IMG/VR virus record: IMGVR_UViG_2534681663_000013
Span: 1 to 38,045 of that record
Length of the DNA stretch: 38,045 bases
Origin: a virus
Taxonomy: Duplodnaviria; Heunggongvirae; Uroviricota; Caudoviricetes
Direction: 5' to 3' (one strand)
The notes under the pieces were generated by a model, which searched no databases, was not told the DNA's origin, and saw only the letters and a list, made by a program, of their open reading frames with translations. Below are positions 28,131-36,995 of this stretch, piece after piece; position 1 is the stretch's first letter; every line of letters starts with the position of its first letter. Made by a program: the position numbers and the translations under genes.

Positions 28131-28375
28131 GTCCCCGCTGAATAATCCCCTCACCCGCGGTGAGCAGATGGAGCTGGCAAGGTGGTTTCTGCGTATCCAT
28201 GAGCAGATGGAAGTTTTTAAACAGTTGCCGGATCTGCCCATTACAGACGGCCAAATTCAGTGTGCCACTTCAGTACGGTCGACGATGACAACGACGCAAA
28301 CCTGCTTTTCGTCAAATCCGAAATCATAAAGTTGCGCAGGGAGAGAGAGAAATCGACGCAGAGCAGGCCCGCAAT

Positions 28376-28591
28376 ATGTGGGACGAGGCAGAAAACGCTG
28401 ATGACGTAAAAGAAAGTTGCTGCTGTTTCGGTGTCGGTAACGAACTGCTGAGTCTGTTTGGTGACGATCCGTGGTATGCCGGTTGGCCAACGGTGCCAAA
28501 CCCCAGATACCAATACCTGGAACGTATCATGAACGCGGTACGTAATGGGCTGAAAGAGCTTCACAATCAGATGAGAGAAGCAATCGGTTAA
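28376..28591 (+). CDS. Hypothetical 71-aa ORF (weak)
   Basis: ORF with no convincing RBS. Confidence 0.25.
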   Translation: MWDEAENADDVKESCCCFGVGNELLSLFGDDPWYAGWPTVPNPRYQYLERIMNAVRNGLKELHNQMREAIG

Positions 28592-28629
28592 GTGCTATAG
28601 TCAGGCGCTTTTATATTTATGGAGTGAAT

Positions 28630-29328
28630 ATGAAAAATATCCTACTGGCATCATTGTTGGTGGCATCGCCGGCTGTATTTGCAGCCAGCTTTGACTGCCA
28701 AAAGGCTTCGGCAGAAATCGAACACAAAATCTGCGATAACGAACGCCTGTCAAAATTAGACGAACAACTTAGCTCTACCTATTCCAACGCACTCAAAGCA
28801 AACCCGGGGGACGCAGACGCCTTAAAGACGGTTCAGCGTCAATGGGTAAGTATGCGTGGAAAACTCACTGGTGATAAGACTCTGGAGTTGGCTTATCTAA
28901 TCCAAATTAATGGCCTCAAGAGTTTGGATGGTTCGGCCAGCACTGCGGTGGTCAATGAGACACCAAAGCCTGTGCAGAAACAGCCTGAAGTTCAGGAAAA
29001 GACAAGCAAGGCAGACACAAAGCAGGCTGAGAGCGGTAAAAAGCTAACTCTGGAGTCATTCCGAGCTAAGTATATTGAAGTTGACGGTGAATACTACAGC
29101 ACGACATCCCTTCCCAGAGGGAGTTCGTTCTTGTTCACCTGCGCAAGTCGTATCGCAGATGACCAGGTGAATATTTGGAAGAAGGTGGCAGCCAAAGAGG
29201 GCAAGATCGATCTCTTCTTTGAACTTGAGAATCGAATACATACCGCAATGCTGAATGCCAATTTTCAGAAGCTAAATAGTGATTTAACTAAAACAGGCAT
29301 TTGCGATCTGATTACTGCTGTTCCGTAA
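28630..29328 (+). CDS. Secreted protein with LprI-like (DUF1311) N-terminal domain
   Basis: Signal peptide MKNILLASLLVASPAVFA. Motif FDCQKASAEIEHKICDNERLSKLDEQLSSTY...QRQWVSMR matches the LprI/DUF1311 pattern. RBS GGAG 5 nt upstream of ATG 28630. Confidence 0.65.
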   Translation: MKNILLASLLVASPAVFAASFDCQKASAEIEHKICDNERLSKLDEQLSSTYSNALKANPGDADALKTVQRQWVSMRGKLTGDKTLELAYLIQINGLKSLDGSASTAVVNETPKPVQKQPEVQEKTSKADTKQAESGKKLTLESFRAKYIEVDGEYYSTTSLPRGSSFLFTCASRIADDQVNIWKKVAAKEGKIDLFFELENRIHTAMLNANFQKLNSDLTKTGICDLITAVP

Positions 29329-29383
29329 GCCAGATAAGGCCATTATTTGTGGCCTTAAACAATTTGTTTAATTAGTGGTGTAA

Positions 29384-29587
29384 TTATTGGAATCCCAGGC
29401 GAACTAAATCCATTGGGCAGAACAGATCTTCCACACCTTCGATAGACACGCAGTCAGAGCGGCGTAATTGTTCTTCTGATTTGCCTTCTCCGCAGATTTC
29501 CTTGATGACTCCCGTTGCACCATTCGTTGCCACCATCACTCGGCTGCCGGTAGTGATAGTGTTACGGTTGCGATCATAGGTCTTCAT
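29384..29587 (-). CDS. Hypothetical 67-aa protein
   Basis: Strong RBS on the minus strand (GAAAGGAGGAAACG-ATG). Confidence 0.5.
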   Translation of the reverse strand: MKTYDRNRNTITTGSRVMVATNGATGVIKEICGEGKSEEQLRRSDCVSIEGVEDLFCPMDLVRLGFQ

Positions 29588-29775
29588 CGTTTCCTCCTTT
29601 CACATGGGTCAAATCAGGTTTCAAAAATTGCCGTTTTCCATGTAGGTGCGATTTGCAAAATCTCAAGCGCCAAAACAAATTGTTTTCACCATCTTGTTAT
29701 TCAATTAACCCGTAAAGTTGACCAGTACCGTAATAAATACCACTGTTTATATGTGCAGTATTGCGAGGCGAGCAA

Positions 29776-30041
29776 TGGGCAGCAAGAATTCTAAATATGT
29801 GATCGTCTATAGGGGCGAAGCACTCAAGCACCTAATACCCGGACAGTTCGTTTTCTTCCAACGTGAAAAAGAATACGGTGGGGGGTTCTGGCTTGGTAAA
29901 ACGCATGAGGATGGGTTCGAATTTGTGCTGGAGCAACCCACTTCACTAAGTTACGGGCTTGCGTATCTGATCAGATTGTCGAGTGTCGAAGCCAGGTATA
30001 TGGAGTTTGTTGATGACATAGACGACTTCAAACTCACCTAG
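29776..30041 (+). CDS. Hypothetical small protein (start taken at ATG 29776; ORF track starts at 29718)
   Basis: GAGG 6 nt upstream of ATG 29776. Confidence 0.45.
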
Positions 30042-30082
30042 TCATCCCTTAAACATCTTGTTTTCTGCCTTTCGTTATTTGA

Positions 30083-30114
30083 GATAATAATACCAATAAG
30101 AAAACAAATTGTTT
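30083..30114 (+). promoter_or_regulatory. Promoter module A: -10-like GATAAT (30083-30088) followed 13 bp later by palindrome AAACA-AAT-TGTTT (30102-30114), then RBS AAGGAG
   Basis: Same architecture recurs at 32868-32899, 35385-35416 and 35869-35901. Confidence 0.5.
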
Positions 30115-30126
30115 AAGGAGTTAATC

Positions 30127-30363
30127 ATGTTCGGAACCGCGAAAGAAATTATCGAAAAGCTGGAGAACTACCCAGAAGACGAGCCGCTGCTGATGGTGAT
30201 GGGGCACAAGGAAGATGGAGGTGAAGGGCGACCAGACCTGACTGACGAACAGTGCGTTCAGGTTTTGCGAAAAATCAAAGAGTGCCATGACGCCAGCGTC
30301 GGCGTGAATTGGGATGTCATTTCTGACACGGCCAACATTCTGTTTCCAAAGGAGAAGGCATGA
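30127..30363 (+). CDS. Hypothetical small protein
   Basis: RBS AAGGAG at 30114-30119, ATG at 30127. Stop overlaps the next start (ATGA). Confidence 0.55.
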   Translation: MFGTAKEIIEKLENYPEDEPLLMVMGHKEDGGEGRPDLTDEQCVQVLRKIKECHDASVGVNWDVISDTANILFPKEKA

Positions 30364-30680
30364 TGCTGAAAATCACCGAATCGTATAAGACGGCGGTGAT
30401 CAGCACCGCCCACGTCACGGCAGCGGATTCAGAACGGCTACCCATTGCCTGCTTCGACCCACTTACTGATCGCGGGTTGAATTGGGTACACGGTACACAG
30501 TATGGATGGATTGTTCGTGCTGGAATGCGAGGGAATGACTGGAAGGAAGAATTGCGTGATTACGGCATTTCCCAAGAGGCGATCTCTAACATACAGGCCA
30601 TACGGGATGCCGGGTATGATTCGGTACAATTTGACTGTGATGCGGAGCTGGTGGATGGAATGCCAGCATGGGATTGGTAG
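30360..30680 (+). CDS. Hypothetical 106-aa protein, translationally coupled to the preceding ORF
   Basis: ATGA overlap with the upstream gene. Confidence 0.55.
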   Translation: MMLKITESYKTAVISTAHVTAADSERLPIACFDPLTDRGLNWVHGTQYGWIVRAGMRGNDWKEELRDYGISQEAISNIQAIRDAGYDSVQFDCDAELVDGMPAWDW

Positions 30681-30695
30681 ATATAACTACTAGCA

Positions 30696-31322
30696 ATGGC
30701 GGGAATAATTACCTGGAAAGTTGATATCATATACCCGCTTGTATTTCAAAATGGAATGGATGTAATGGAAATCGATACTTTAGAAAAAAAATCAGTTAAA
30801 AACCTCTACGCGTGGCTTATAGCAATACTGCCGTTTGTTGTCAGCGTCCCCCCTGCTGAGTACGACAATTACGTTATGGTGATTTCGTTCGTCATTGGGC
30901 TTGGACTGCTGGTCGCCGATCGCATGAATTTGACTGAGGCAGGCTATGAGCCACCATCATTCTTATGTGGGTTCTTTATCCCCCCTGTGTATCTCTGGAA
31001 ACGAGCGACGGTTCTTGGAAGTAACCGACTGCTGTTTATCGTATGGATTGTTGCCTTTGCTGCATCATTTTTCGTGTATAGCTTCAACGCAGATTCAGCG
31101 CTTGAAGAAGCTGCTTGCCCTATAGTTACCACTATTCTGAAAGAAAATAACGGTTCAGAAGCATCTAAATGCATGAAGGTAACAATTCAGGACAAAGTGA
31201 CGGACAAGTTCTACAAAGCCACGGCTACACTGGATAACGGTAATGACATTAACATCACTATCGAAATGATCGGTGACGAGAATTTCTACGTTCGCGTGCC
31301 TAATTACTACCTAAACGACTAA
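30696..31322 (+). CDS. Hypothetical integral membrane protein (start uncertain, alternatives at 30756 and 30765)
   Basis: Several hydrophobic helices (LYAWLIAILPFVVSV, VMVISFVIGLGLLVA, LLFIVWIVAFAASFFVY). Confidence 0.5.
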   Translation: MAGIITWKVDIIYPLVFQNGMDVMEIDTLEKKSVKNLYAWLIAILPFVVSVPPAEYDNYVMVISFVIGLGLLVADRMNLTEAGYEPPSFLCGFFIPPVYLWKRATVLGSNRLLFIVWIVAFAASFFVYSFNADSALEEAACPIVTTILKENNGSEASKCMKVTIQDKVTDKFYKATATLDNGNDINITIEMIGDENFYVRVPNYYLND

Positions 31323-32931
31323 CGGCTGCAACTCGTTGACATTGGCGGTCACAAATTGAGGATTTCTATAAGAGTCCGTTGATCGCCACTTCCCCCACCT
31401 CTCCAACCTACCCCAGCCCAGGGGTGACAAGGCATTTAAGCCAATTACACCCATAAGAAAACAAATAAATAACACGTCAACGAAAAGTCAACGCTTTCCT
31501 CTGATTTGGTCTAAAAAGTTGACGTTTTCGCAAGCCATCTCTTATACCCAAAATCCTGCGCACCAGAATCCATCTCCCTGCGACCAAAACGTCAAAAACG
31601 ACTCGTGATATCACTCAAAAACAGAAGCGCTCAGAAGCGCTCCCGTTGCGTTATATTGGGCATCTAAACAAGTTGTTTTCAGGCATAAGAAAACAAGTTA
31701 ACAACCCCCACAGGAAACCCAGAGACGCCATTACCCACAATCCCGGAAACACCCACCTCTTCCTGTCAGACTACCGAAAAGACCCACCTCATTGCCCCAG
31801 GCTACAGACCACCCACCTAATATTCCCAGGCAACCGAGAACGCGGTTCGCACGCGCAAACCCCGATACGTCATTACCCAATACACGGAGAAGAACAGCCA
31901 GAACGAAACCCCGGACAAACCCAGACAAGAACAGGAGCCGTCACAATCTCGTTTACCCACCATTACCCCGAAAGAGAGCGCAAATTCCTGAATAGCAGGG
32001 AACGCCATTACTTCATATGCGGAGAACAACTAAAGCGCCCTACTGCCATTACCCACACTTTCATCATTTCACGTAAACGAAGAGAAAAGCGCCCCTGCCA
32101 TTACTCCATACACGGAGAAGAACACTCACCAAAACGACGAGAACAACCCAGACGAAAACACAGAGAAGAACCACCTCAAGAAGAACGAAACCACATATGC
32201 CGGTAGAAAGAACAAACCACCCATTTCACCCAAAGGAATACTCGCCGTATAGAGCGTTATCAGAGGGAAGGTTTATGCCCACATAAGAGAGAAAATTCGT
32301 GGGAGGTATAAGTGGGAAGGGAAGGAGGGGTATCGCCACTTTTTCCGCATAAATTCAAGCCATAGTTTTCATCCCCCGTAACGTCCCTTTCCACCCCTTC
32401 GGTCAGCCTTCGGGCCATCCGGGAAAGCTATGTCCCTTTTCAGGAACGGGAGCGTCGCCGCAGGGAAAAGGCTTGAGGTTTTCAGGGAAACGGTGGGAAT
32501 CCCGCTATACGAACCGGGGAAAGGCTGGCTGCCGGTCGGGAAACGGGTACATCCCGGTACAGAGTGAGGGACGACTGCGGGAGCGGTGCGGGAAATCTTC
32601 GGGAGTGCGCCTTACTCTTCACTCGCCTGAAAATCGCGGGGGAGTGTCATTCCCTCTCGTGCAGCTACTGGACTCCATTCTGCCAGACCATCATTGGGTC
32701 TCAAGCTATTTCAGTAGGTTTTCGGGGAGAAGGATATTCTGCCCACCAGCCCCGTGGCGCGCGTAGAGCAGAATATCGTAAATACTGGCTCCCGTGTCGT
32801 TCCCGGATATTCACTGCCCAGCCTGGCTTTCACGACATAAAATCCTTTTCCGCCTTTGTCTTATTGCGATAATAACACCAACAAGTAAACAACATGTTTA
32901 GACGTTATATAAACGAAGTGAGGATGAAGAG
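31323..32931. repeat. 1.6-kb non-coding, repeat-dense region with strong strand compositional asymmetry
   Basis: No convincing ORF; the only long ORF (31646-32206) is low complexity. Repeats include ACCCACCT x3, a ~27-bp repeat GCCATTACYCMATACACGGAGAAGAAC x2, a GGGAAACGG-type motif at least 6 times, and the palindrome AAACAAGTTGTTT at 31666. Confidence 0.6.
32868..32899 (+). promoter_or_regulatory. Promoter module B: GATAAT (32868-32873) plus palindrome AAACA-ACA-TGTTT (32887-32899)
   Basis: Conserved block GCGATAATAACACCAACAAG shared with modules A, C and D. Confidence 0.5.
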
Positions 32932-33150
32932 ATGATTAAGATGCCTGTGACGGTTGAGGTGTGGGGCGTGGATTCCCTGGCTGAGTGTCTGGATGCAGTG
33001 GGGCCGGAGTTGTACCGCAAGTTGTGGTCGTTCGTCCCGGCAGAAGGGGAATCGCCCAAAGGGAAGGATATCTGGCACCTGCTGAGTGAAGATGAAAAGC
33101 GGGAGCTGGTGGACGCGGTACACAGCGAGTTCCCGGGCGACGAAGATTAA
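32932..33150 (+). CDS. Hypothetical 72-aa acidic protein
   Basis: RBS GAGGATGAAGAG-ATG. Followed by a terminator hairpin. Confidence 0.55.
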   Translation: MIKMPVTVEVWGVDSLAECLDAVGPELYRKLWSFVPAEGESPKGKDIWHLLSEDEKRELVDAVHSEFPGDED

Positions 33151-33157
33151 GAGTGAG

Positions 33158-33180
33158 GCCACCAGCACGGTGGCTTTTGT
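33158..33180 (+). terminator. Rho-independent terminator (GCCACC-agcac-GGTGGC + TTTTGT)
   Basis: Stem-loop followed by a T-run. The same stem family recurs at 35256-35271 and 35722-35745. Confidence 0.6.
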
Positions 33181-33289
33181 CGCTATTAACCTCCGGGGCA
33201 GCGCAGCACCGTAACGATATACTTTGTGGCCGTTTTCTTACTGGTATTGTTTACGCAATTCAGAAAACAACATGTTTAAGGATTGCGTT

Positions 33290-33619
33290 ATGTTTGCAAA
33301 TATCGACATCAACCAAATCAAGAAAATGACTCAAAAAGAGTTTGACCAGTTTTATGAGTTAGAAGGTTGGTCTTCCACGCTGATCAATTCGCGCTGGGTG
33401 CTTGAGCTGATGACTCGTGATGATGCTCCTGCTTTGATTATTTGCGACCTGGGTGATGATGCTGACTTTATGGATATGAGCGAATTTTGTGTGGATACAT
33501 ACAACCGCAGCCAGAAGTACTACTTCACATGCGATAGCGAGAATGACGTGATTTCTAAGCTCTATCTTCACCTTGTCCAGCATTGGGACGTTCAGGAGTT
33601 CCTTGATGTATTCGCGTAA
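33290..33619 (+). CDS. Hypothetical 109-aa acidic protein
   Basis: Palindrome AAACA-ACA-TGTTT at 33265-33277, then AAGGA and ATG 33290. Confidence 0.55.
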   Translation: MFANIDINQIKKMTQKEFDQFYELEGWSSTLINSRWVLELMTRDDAPALIICDLGDDADFMDMSEFCVDTYNRSQKYYFTCDSENDVISKLYLHLVQHWDVQEFLDVFA

Positions 33620-33779
33620 ACCCAACCAAAGCCAGCACCGCCTGCTGGCTTAACTTCTCTGTAGCCGCAGGGAAGAACCACCTTTAGATAATTCATGTGC
33701 CTGAGCAATATGCTTTGTAGCCGTTTTTACACTGGTATTATTTACGCCATTGAGAAAACAATTTGTTTACGGAGTGGTG

Positions 33780-34091
33780 ATGAATACTTCATTGGTGCTG
33801 GGTCTTGCTGAAGGTCAGGAGAGAAAAGAAAAACCAACCTTAATGGGGCATCTCACATTGCTGGATATCGTAGCGAATGGGACTTCTATCCGTCTGTTTC
33901 GTGAAAAAGCCATTACCTTCGACGCGGGCAATTTTACGCGCTATGTGATGGTAGTTCGTCGCCAGCGTGGAAGAGGGTGGATGTCGGTCCAGAAAATGTG
34001 GCCAGAGGACCAGCTTGAACTGGCGCTGATGGAAGCCAACCGTGTCGCCCAACAAGAGATCCAACGAGCGTCTGTTCAGGCGGTAGCTTAA
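33780..34091 (+). CDS. Hypothetical 103-aa protein
   Basis: Palindrome at 33756-33768, GGAG 6 nt upstream of ATG 33780. The upstream 60 bp are near-identical to the region upstream of 33290. Confidence 0.55.
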   Translation: MNTSLVLGLAEGQERKEKPTLMGHLTLLDIVANGTSIRLFREKAITFDAGNFTRYVMVVRRQRGRGWMSVQKMWPEDQLELALMEANRVAQQEIQRASVQAVA

Positions 34092-34125
34092 ACATGTGCA
34101 AGCAGTAGTTAGTCGAATGTACGAC

Positions 34126-34154
34126 AGCCCCGCCAATCCTTCGGGGCTTTTTTG
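34126..34154 (+). terminator. Rho-independent terminator (AGCCCC-loop-GGGGCT + TTTTTT)
   Basis: GC stem followed by a T6 run. Confidence 0.7.
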
Positions 34155-34180
34155 TATTGTAAGTACTTACTTATGATAAT
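34152..34180 (+). promoter_or_regulatory. Sigma70-like promoter: -35 TTGTAT, 17-bp spacer containing perfect palindrome GTAAGTACTTAC (34159-34170), -10 GATAAT
   Basis: Canonical spacing. RBS AAGGAGAG and ATG 34213 follow. Confidence 0.55.
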
Positions 34181-34212
34181 AAAATTAAAAATTAAACACT
34201 AAGGAGAGTGAA

Positions 34213-34608
34213 ATGACCGTTAAACGCGAAAATCTGACCCTGGATATGTATTATGCATCAGAGACGGAAAATGGAGACAAAGTTGCAAAAATTACAATTG
34301 TGCTACGCGATAATGCCTCCGGCGAAGAAGTTCACACCAGTACCTTAACTCGCACCGGCGAGGCCACAAAGGGAAAATATTCGGTGCGTTACCAAAGCAT
34401 CAGTAATGCTTCTGACCCTTTACTGATAAAACTGGAAACTCATTTCCGTGGCGCGGATCAGACGTTGTTTGAAAATTTGATGAAAAAGGTCGATGCGGTT
34501 TATACATCGAGTTTAAATACCAATAGTACCTGGATGGGACAACACGGTCTGCGAATAATCTCCGGCGAAAAGATCGACACCATTGTCCCTGAAAGCGTAT
34601 TCGCTTAA
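34213..34608 (+). CDS. Hypothetical 131-aa protein
   Basis: Strong RBS, with promoter upstream and terminator downstream. Confidence 0.6.
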   Translation: MTVKRENLTLDMYYASETENGDKVAKITIVLRDNASGEEVHTSTLTRTGEATKGKYSVRYQSISNASDPLLIKLETHFRGADQTLFENLMKKVDAVYTSSLNTNSTWMGQHGLRIISGEKIDTIVPESVFA

Positions 34609-34617
34609 TCCTCTTTG

Positions 34618-34646
34618 AATGGCGCGTAAACCGCGCCATTTTCTTA
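34618..34646 (+). terminator. Rho-independent terminator (AATGGCGCG-taaa-CCGCGCCATT + TTCTT)
   Basis: 10-bp stem followed by a T-rich tract. Confidence 0.7.
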
Positions 34647-34725
34647 TTCCCGATAACAATTTGTTTTCTGCCTTATCTGATTTGTGAAAATGATTTCACT
34701 GAAGCAACTTAATAAGGATACCATC

Positions 34726-35100
34726 ATGGGACTTGATATCTATATCGAGACGCAGCCTAAAAACGATCTGAATAACGAGGCATCCAGAAAGCAGGTTGCT
34801 TACTTCCGTAAGTTCAATGCGCTCGTTGGGTGGATGGAGCGCAACGTAGGTGAAGTCGAAAATTGTGAGCTTTTAGAATTAACGATGAATGACATTTGTT
34901 TTCTGAAGGCTCATTTGATGCACATAAACGAAAGTAATTGCGAAGTGTACTTACCTACCCGGGAAGGTTTTTTCTTCGGCAGTCAGGAGTACGATGAAGG
35001 TTACTGGCATGACGTGGATAAGCTGAAAAAACTTGTGGAAGACCTGATCAGGAACCACGACTTTCACAATAACAGACTGACGTTCCGTGCCTGGTGGTAA
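34726..35100 (+). CDS. Hypothetical 124-aa protein (ORF track starts at 34684; ATG 34726 has the better RBS)
   Basis: AAGGA 7 nt upstream of ATG 34726. Confidence 0.55.
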   Translation: MGLDIYIETQPKNDLNNEASRKQVAYFRKFNALVGWMERNVGEVENCELLELTMNDICFLKAHLMHINESNCEVYLPTREGFFFGSQEYDEGYWHDVDKLKKLVEDLIRNHDFHNNRLTFRAWW

Positions 35101-35102
35101 AT

Positions 35103-35246
35103 ATGGGCGATTTCAAGAAACGCCTGAAGGAGAGAGCCGAGATGGTCAGAAAGCGAAACGCCTCTTCTGTCATAAGATACGCAAGGCAGTTTAGTCGCAA
35201 CAACAAATCAGTTGAGGAAAAGATCCTTAGCGTAATCGGGCGATAA
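35103..35246 (+). CDS. Possible 47-aa basic protein (MGDFKKRLKERAEMVRKRNASSVIRYARQFSRNNKSVEEKILSVIGR)
   Basis: Starts 3 nt after the preceding stop and is followed by a hairpin element. Below the ORF-track length cut-off. Confidence 0.3.
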   Translation: MGDFKKRLKERAEMVRKRNASSVIRYARQFSRNNKSVEEKILSVIGR

Positions 35247-35384
35247 TTATTAAGGCCACCAGCATTGGTGGTCTTAAATGACTTTTAATAACCGAAGGTT
35301 AGTTTGAAACCTGGCTATCAACTTCCAGAACCTTTCTTGTGTATTCAGCCTGTATTAACTTCTTTTATGCCTTATCTACACTGC

Positions 35385-35416
35385 GATAATTACACCAACA
35401 AGAAAACAATATGTTT
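35385..35416 (+). promoter_or_regulatory. Promoter module C: GATAAT (35385-35390) plus palindrome AAACA-ATA-TGTTT (35404-35416)
   Basis: Same architecture and shared flanking sequence as modules A, B and D. Confidence 0.5.
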
Positions 35417-35429
35417 ACGCAGTGAGGAT

Positions 35430-35717
35430 ATGCTCATGACTGATTTCACCATTACCCCTAAAGCACAAAATGTATTCCTTGAATCATGGCTGGACTTGCC
35501 GGAAACAGAACAGCAAGAAATGGATCATGTGGAATATGACGAGCAGGTAAGCACGCGATTCTTCCACTTTGAGGGCTGCGTTTACGACATTGCCGACTTC
35601 ATGCGAGATGACCGCTTCCCTGAATGGCACGCAAGCTATCCACTAAACGCCTTCGCCATGCTGATGATCCGTGTGGATGATTCAGGGGATACCATCGACA
35701 TCGGTCTGCTCCACTAA
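35430..35717 (+). CDS. Hypothetical 96-aa acidic protein
   Basis: GAGGAT upstream of ATG 35430. Followed by hairpin AAGGCCACCA-atgc-TGGTGGCCTT. Confidence 0.55.
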   Translation: MLMTDFTITPKAQNVFLESWLDLPETEQQEMDHVEYDEQVSTRFFHFEGCVYDIADFMRDDRFPEWHASYPLNAFAMLMIRVDDSGDTIDIGLLH

Positions 35718-35847
35718 AGAGTAAGGCCACCAATGCTGGTGGCCTTAAATGACCATCCTGTTTCCCGCAGGCTAAAAACACCAACCTCTTACCTCCAGGC
35801 AACCGACAAACCCACCTGTTCCCGTCCGGCTACCGCAACTTTCCACT

Positions 35848-35901
35848 TTGACGCCTTATTCGTACAACGATAATTAACACCAACAAGAAAACAATTTGTT
35901 A
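35848..35901 (+). promoter_or_regulatory. Promoter module D: -35 TTGACG (35848-35853), -10 GATAAT (35869-35874), palindrome AAACA-ATT-TGTTA (35889-35901)
   Basis: 15-bp spacer between the hexamers. RBS AAGGAATTAATC and ATG 35922 follow. Confidence 0.55.
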
Positions 35902-35921
35902 TTTACGATAAGGAATTAATC

Positions 35922-36404
35922 ATGAATTTTATCGCTACTGTAAACGCACCCGCACATGGCAATATCGCTGTAACGTTCTCTGATATTGAAAAACGAGTAC
36001 TTGGTGCATGGCGCGACAATGAGACGGTAGAACTGTCAGCACAAGAAAAATGCATTATTGCACGCGACATCATTTGCAAACGTCGTTACTCACGGGTAAT
36101 TGAGAAAGCGTATGTCGCAAATTCTGGCTTCGGAACATTTGTCTTCCCGGTACGCTCCGGGCGATTCTGCCAGTCCAAGCTGATTGAGTTCGCTACGCAG
36201 ATTTCTGTCTGGATTAAAACTCAATCGTCGTTCAAATTTTCCGACGATGAAGCAGTATCGCAGGGGATGCGGATCGCCAACAATGCAATAAAATGCAAAA
36301 ACATTACGTATGCCGCTGGCGTTGACACATGGAAACTGTTTTGCGCTAACTTTATGCTGAATGTATACGCAAGCAACCGCATCCACATCCTTGATGGCGT
36401 GTAA
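35922..36404 (+). CDS. Hypothetical 160-aa protein
   Basis: Promoter module D upstream and a terminator downstream. Confidence 0.6.
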   Translation: MNFIATVNAPAHGNIAVTFSDIEKRVLGAWRDNETVELSAQEKCIIARDIICKRRYSRVIEKAYVANSGFGTFVFPVRSGRFCQSKLIEFATQISVWIKTQSSFKFSDDEAVSQGMRIANNAIKCKNITYAAGVDTWKLFCANFMLNVYASNRIHILDGV

Positions 36405-36412
36405 CTGAGAAG

Positions 36413-36436
36413 AGGGCCAGAAACGGCCCTTTCTCT
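36413..36436 (+). terminator. Rho-independent terminator (AGGGCC-agaaac-GGCCCT + TTCTCT)
   Basis: GC stem followed by a T-rich tract. Confidence 0.6.
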
Positions 36437-36995
36437 ATAGCCACCAGCTGCCGCAGGGAAATTTTCAGAAACGGCGAGGAACGCATTCATGAGCCGACGG
36501 GAAACGGCCAAGATTTTTTCGGGAAACGGCGGGGGTCGCCTTTATGTAGAAAACTGAGCGGGAGAAACCCGGAATCGCGCCAGAAATTGCGTAGCGGCGC
36601 TGGGGTAGCGCTGGTGGGGGTTTCAGCCCCTGGGCCATCCAGATAGCTTTCGCTATGTGATTATGTGAATCCGTGGGTAAATCACTGTAAGCGCGTACAC
36701 GTTGCCCAACGTGGCAATCATATGCGAGCGGATACAAAACAACACAAAGAGCCGATCCGCGCCGACAAATAAACGCGGATCACATAGCAAGACTAAAAGC
36801 CAATGATTAACCATACTCTATAGCGCAATATAACGCGTTTTAAGCGCGTTAATGTGTTAAGTAATGTGTATGTACTAACAAGGATATAAAAGCGCGTCTA
36901 TGGCGTTATTTTGGTGCTTATTTTTATGTTGTTGGAGCGAGTTAAAGACAATAAAAAACGCGCTAATGATGGCGCGTTATGGTGGGAGTATTGGA

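Noticed and set aside
27270-28241. 323-aa minus-strand ORF
   Set aside because: It runs antisense to the unambiguous RNase HI homology on the plus strand in a GC-rich stretch, has no recognisable motifs, and is most likely a stop-free antisense frame.
28021-28329. 102-aa ORF after rnhA
   Set aside because: It overlaps the rnhA 3' end in another frame and has no RBS at the annotated start. A shorter internal start at ~28178 with a weak GGTGAG is possible but unsupported.
31646-32206. 186-aa ORF in the repeat region
   Set aside because: Its translation is low-complexity (H/P/R/E/K-rich), it is driven by the A+C-rich repeats, and it has no RBS.
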